Below, in pieces: positions 60,716 through 64,000 of a DNA stretch of 64,000 nucleotides. A program made the position numbers and the translations under genes. The stretch's first letter is position 1. Each line of letters opens with the position of its first letter. The notes under the pieces are model-generated. The model saw only the letters and a list, made by a program, of their open reading frames with translations, was not told the DNA's origin and did no database searches. This DNA is from Rhynchopus sp. YZ270_cl-10 (lineage: Eukaryota). The stretch is taken from positions 62,001 through 126,000 of the forward strand of contig OZ037848.1 in NCBI GenBank assembly GCA_964035575.1. Direction: 5' to 3'.

Positions 60716-63127
60716 TGTGGGAGAGAAGGAGAAGGAGAAGGAGGGAGGGGAAAGGGGGAAAGGGGACGGGGGGATCACAGCGGATTTCTGTATGTGGAGG
60801 GATATTTGGCAGATGAGTGATATCCACTACGACGTTGATGGTGTCACCAAGCATGCACCTGTATACAGGAAGGCTGATGCGTTCCGCGAGCAATGCCACT
60901 GAGTGGTAAAAAAAATACATTGTGCAGTGATAAGACCAATGAAGTGATTGGGGAGACCACAGGGTCATCGTTTCGTTTGTGCCTCCCGAACCACCACTCG
61001 CATTATCAGAGTTCAAGAAAGCGTACACTTCTGGATACATCAGGGCAGGTTCAGCGGAATGAAGGACCTGGACACCTTATTTGAGAGGGAAACTCCAAAT
61101 CACATAAGATTATATCAGTCGAAATATGAACATCCTTTTTTATTGTATCGACAACCCACCAAAGAGGTGGGTTCTGTACTCACAATTCCTTTTTTTTTTT
61201 CACATGAAACGAGCTTTGTCAAAGTCACACAAAACAAAATAGAAAAGTTGAAGGACAAACATGCCTCACACCTTTTCCGTAAACAAAAAAATGAAGTAAG
61301 GGATAAGGACCAAAAAAAGCCCTCCACTCCAAGAATTCAAACATTCGACAAAAAAAAACCAGAAAAAAGTTGGTAAGATGATCCTAAGCCTACCCTTAGC
61401 CCCTTGCGCGTAGTCACCTTACAAAAGAAAGTAGAGTTGAAATACAAAGCCCTTTCGTGACAGTGTACCTCCAATCCAAGGTTGTAAGATGAATATGCTT
61501 GGAGAGATTTGCACACAAATCTTTCGCACTATCGTTGTCGCGCTGAGTTTGAAGATGCAGCGAAAAACTGTGCAAAGCGTCTTTGCAAACAAAGACACCA
61601 CAAGTCGGAGAGGAGACTCAAGGGCGGAAGGGTCATTGGGGGGAAAGGGTTAGAAAAGAAAAACATTCATCAGTTTGGGAGGGAGGTGGAATGAAAAAAT
61701 ATAGACTTTTTTTTTGATTCCCGAATACATTTGTTTTTGGAATTTTATTTTTTGAAAACAAACTTGATAGATGAATTGTGCCCCAAATTGTGTGTGCACA
61801 CATCCGTTCTTGGAAAGGAAAATGAAATACCACCCCCCTTCTTTATTCGTTGTTTGTTGTTTGTTGATCGCATCCATCCGGAAAATGAAAGCTGGGAGTG
61901 CGTCCGAGTTCCTCTGTCATGCAGACACCAAAAAAAAAAAAACAAAGAAAAGTTAAATGATGAATAAGATGAATAAGCCTCTCGTGCTTAGTCGTGGAAA
62001 AAAATGTCAGAGGAAGGTGTGCCTTTTCTGTCTCTCGCTGCACAAAAAAAAAGGAAGGGGGTTCAACAAAATTGGGGGGTCCCCTCCCTCATCCCCCCTC
62101 CCCCCTAGGCATGCAATCCAAGGTGAACCACGTTTATGCAGTGAAGTTGACAGTGCAAAAACACAGTACGCCACATCAACTCTCATAGTCTCCCAATCTG
62201 CCAATTATTGACCTTCGAAAAGAGAGCAGAAAACTTAACAGCAAACCATCACAAAGGGAAGAAAAAATACCCTGACTTCGAGAGAGCCCATAGGTTTTGG
62301 AGTTGGGTACACTCTGGTCGCATAGGTGGGTAGGAAGTGACGATTGCCTGCAGTCAGTAATGTTCTTGCTGGACAGTGGTATTTTAATGTGGTAGGTGAA
62401 TCGAAGGAAAAAAAAATGATGTGCCAAAAAAAAATGGGGTTGATCTGAAGAGCACGCGTACAATGGGTGGAGGGGTGGAAAAAGAAAAGAAATCTTGTAA
62501 GACGAATGTGCCTCTCATGCACACTTCTAAAAAAAGACAAAGTTGGATCCTCAGCCTCGAGGTGCTTAGTACCAAAAAAAAGTCGCCAAAAAAAAGAAGA
62601 AAAAAAGGGGTGTAAGAGAGGAATGCCTCTCGTGCATACAGCGAACAGCAACGTGTTATTTTTTTTTGCTGCTGGGGGAAGGGGGGTTGGAAGGGGAGGA
62701 GGGGTCTGTCCTTTCTCAACAACGTTCGAGATATTTTCACATAAAATGCACAATTGCTCGAAGCAACAGCAAGGAACACAACAACCCATGCTTTCCATTT
62801 CACAAAGAAAGCATTGAGAGGGTGAAGACGTGCCTAATGCTCCAAGAACACAAGGGAGAGGGAGAAAATATATTTCAAAAAAAAACGCTACGTTGCCAAC
62901 TTGTTTTTGTGTTAAGACAAATTCTGCGTATGACATGGGTAGCGTACCAACACAAAGGTGCCCCCCACCCACTGCACCCTTTCCTCCAACAAAAAAAATT
63001 GGGTGAAAAACGAGAAAAACGCCACATCCATTTCCTTTTCTTTCAATACCACTCCTTGCCCGTCTTTAAAAACCCCGTCAATAGTGTCTGTTGTTGCAGT
63101 TCTTTTTCTCTTTTTTTTCCTATCTTT

Positions 63128-64000
63128 CTATAGACCTGGGCAGATTGCAGGCCCGTAGACACAGTGGTCACACATCACTTCCTCTCCTCTTGTACTGAAG
63201 AGGGAGCACTCTCCTGCAGAAAGCCCGAAGAAGAGACATCCCTTTGTTGCAGCACAAAGCGCCTGGCATGCAGTGTCAGAGTCTGCGTCCTTCTTGTCGA
63301 GCAGGGTTCCTTGCAGAGAGTAGCCGCGGACGAAGCAGTCAAATTCTCCACCAAAGCTGCAGTATTTGGACCCCAGGAAGGGGCCTTCACAGCGCTCCCC
63401 TCCCGGGTGGCTTCCACTCTTCGGGTCGGTGAAGCCCCAGCGCCAGGACAGATCCATTACGGTGTCCTTATCGGCCGCCCATTTGTTGTAGAAGGCAATC
63501 ATGTCTGCCAACGCAGCGGTCTCAGTCGCAGCAAGGTTCACGCTCTCTGTGGGGTCGGCGCTGATGTTGAAAAGCCAGTACCCGTTCAGAGGCTGTGGGA
63601 TCACGTCCCCCTCAGGTTTGAACCCAGAAGGGGGTGCCTGGCGGATGCCCGGGGGGTTGTTCGATTCGAGGCCCTGCTGGTTCTGTCCTTCGACAACCAA
63701 TTTGAAATCTCCCTTTCTCACTGCACCTCCGATAAGACCGAATGTCCCGCATTCTGCGGCTGCTGGGTCGACTGCGGTCATGCATGTAGACGTCGTCCAT
63801 TTGTGTGCTGTCGCATTGAAGACAACAGGCTTCGCAATGACAGGAATGTTGTGAAGGATGAAGTCCCGCTCCGTCGGGGTGTCGTCGGTAATGCACGACC
63901 ATTGGTTGTGTCCATCCAACGGAAGTGTCTTTGCAATGCTACCGCCGGCAACGCCAAGAACCAGGGTGGGGAGCCAGTCGGTCGAGTGCATCAGGAAGTT
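63128..64000 (-). CDS. Arylsulfatase (ARSB-like) C-terminal part with a PAN/apple-like tail (5' end outside the window)
   Basis: LMHSTDWLPTL, LDGHNQW, AVRKGDFKLV, LFNISADPTESVNLA. C-terminal ACQALCAATKGCLFF..CSL. Confidence 0.88.
   Translation of the reverse strand, partial: NFLMHSTDWLPTLVLGVAGGSIAKTLPLDGHNQWSCITDDTPTERDFILHNIPVIAKPVVFNATAHKWTTSTCMTAVDPAAAECGTFGLIGGAVRKGDFKLVVEGQNQQGLESNNPPGIRQAPPSGFKPEGDVIPQPLNGYWLFNISADPTESVNLAATETAALADMIAFYNKWAADKDTVMDLSWRWGFTDPKSGSHPGGERCEGPFLGSKYCSFGGEFDCFVRGYSLQGTLLDKKDADSDTACQALCAATKGCLFFGLSAGECSLFSTRGEEVMCDHCVYGPAICPGL

Noticed and set aside
62235..62972. 245-aa minus-strand ORF
   Set aside because: Phe/Leu-rich translation of homopolymer-rich intergenic DNA containing hairpin A copies

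Overview
Eukaryotic nuclear DNA, most likely a euglenozoan (diplomenid-like; inferred from an amastin-like gene, a receptor-type cyclase N-terminus, host genes all on one strand and short GT-AG introns with CA-rich acceptors). All host genes are on the minus strand: a cyclase-like N-terminus, an amastin-like protein, a thioredoxin-like secretory protein, two ~1400-1500 aa PqiA-domain paralogues, a tandem triplet of ubiquitin-like/ankyrin-like genes, a conserved 292-aa protein, a polyQ protein, an SPFH protein and an arylsulfatase. The window is dense in DNA transposons: an intact DD37E Tc1-like element and about ten MITE/foldback elements. The most notable object is a 12.6-kb element (30045-42680) with TIRs and a 5-bp TSD. 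It encodes a hAT-like DDE transposase fused to a SAP domain and a catalytically intact USP deubiquitinase, plus a second zinc-finger ORF, and both genes are duplicated as a near-spacerless palindrome. Intergenic DNA also carries at least three families of dispersed, strand-biased, covarying hairpin motifs; the largest has about 25 copies. Domain calls come from motif recognition by eye, with no database searches.
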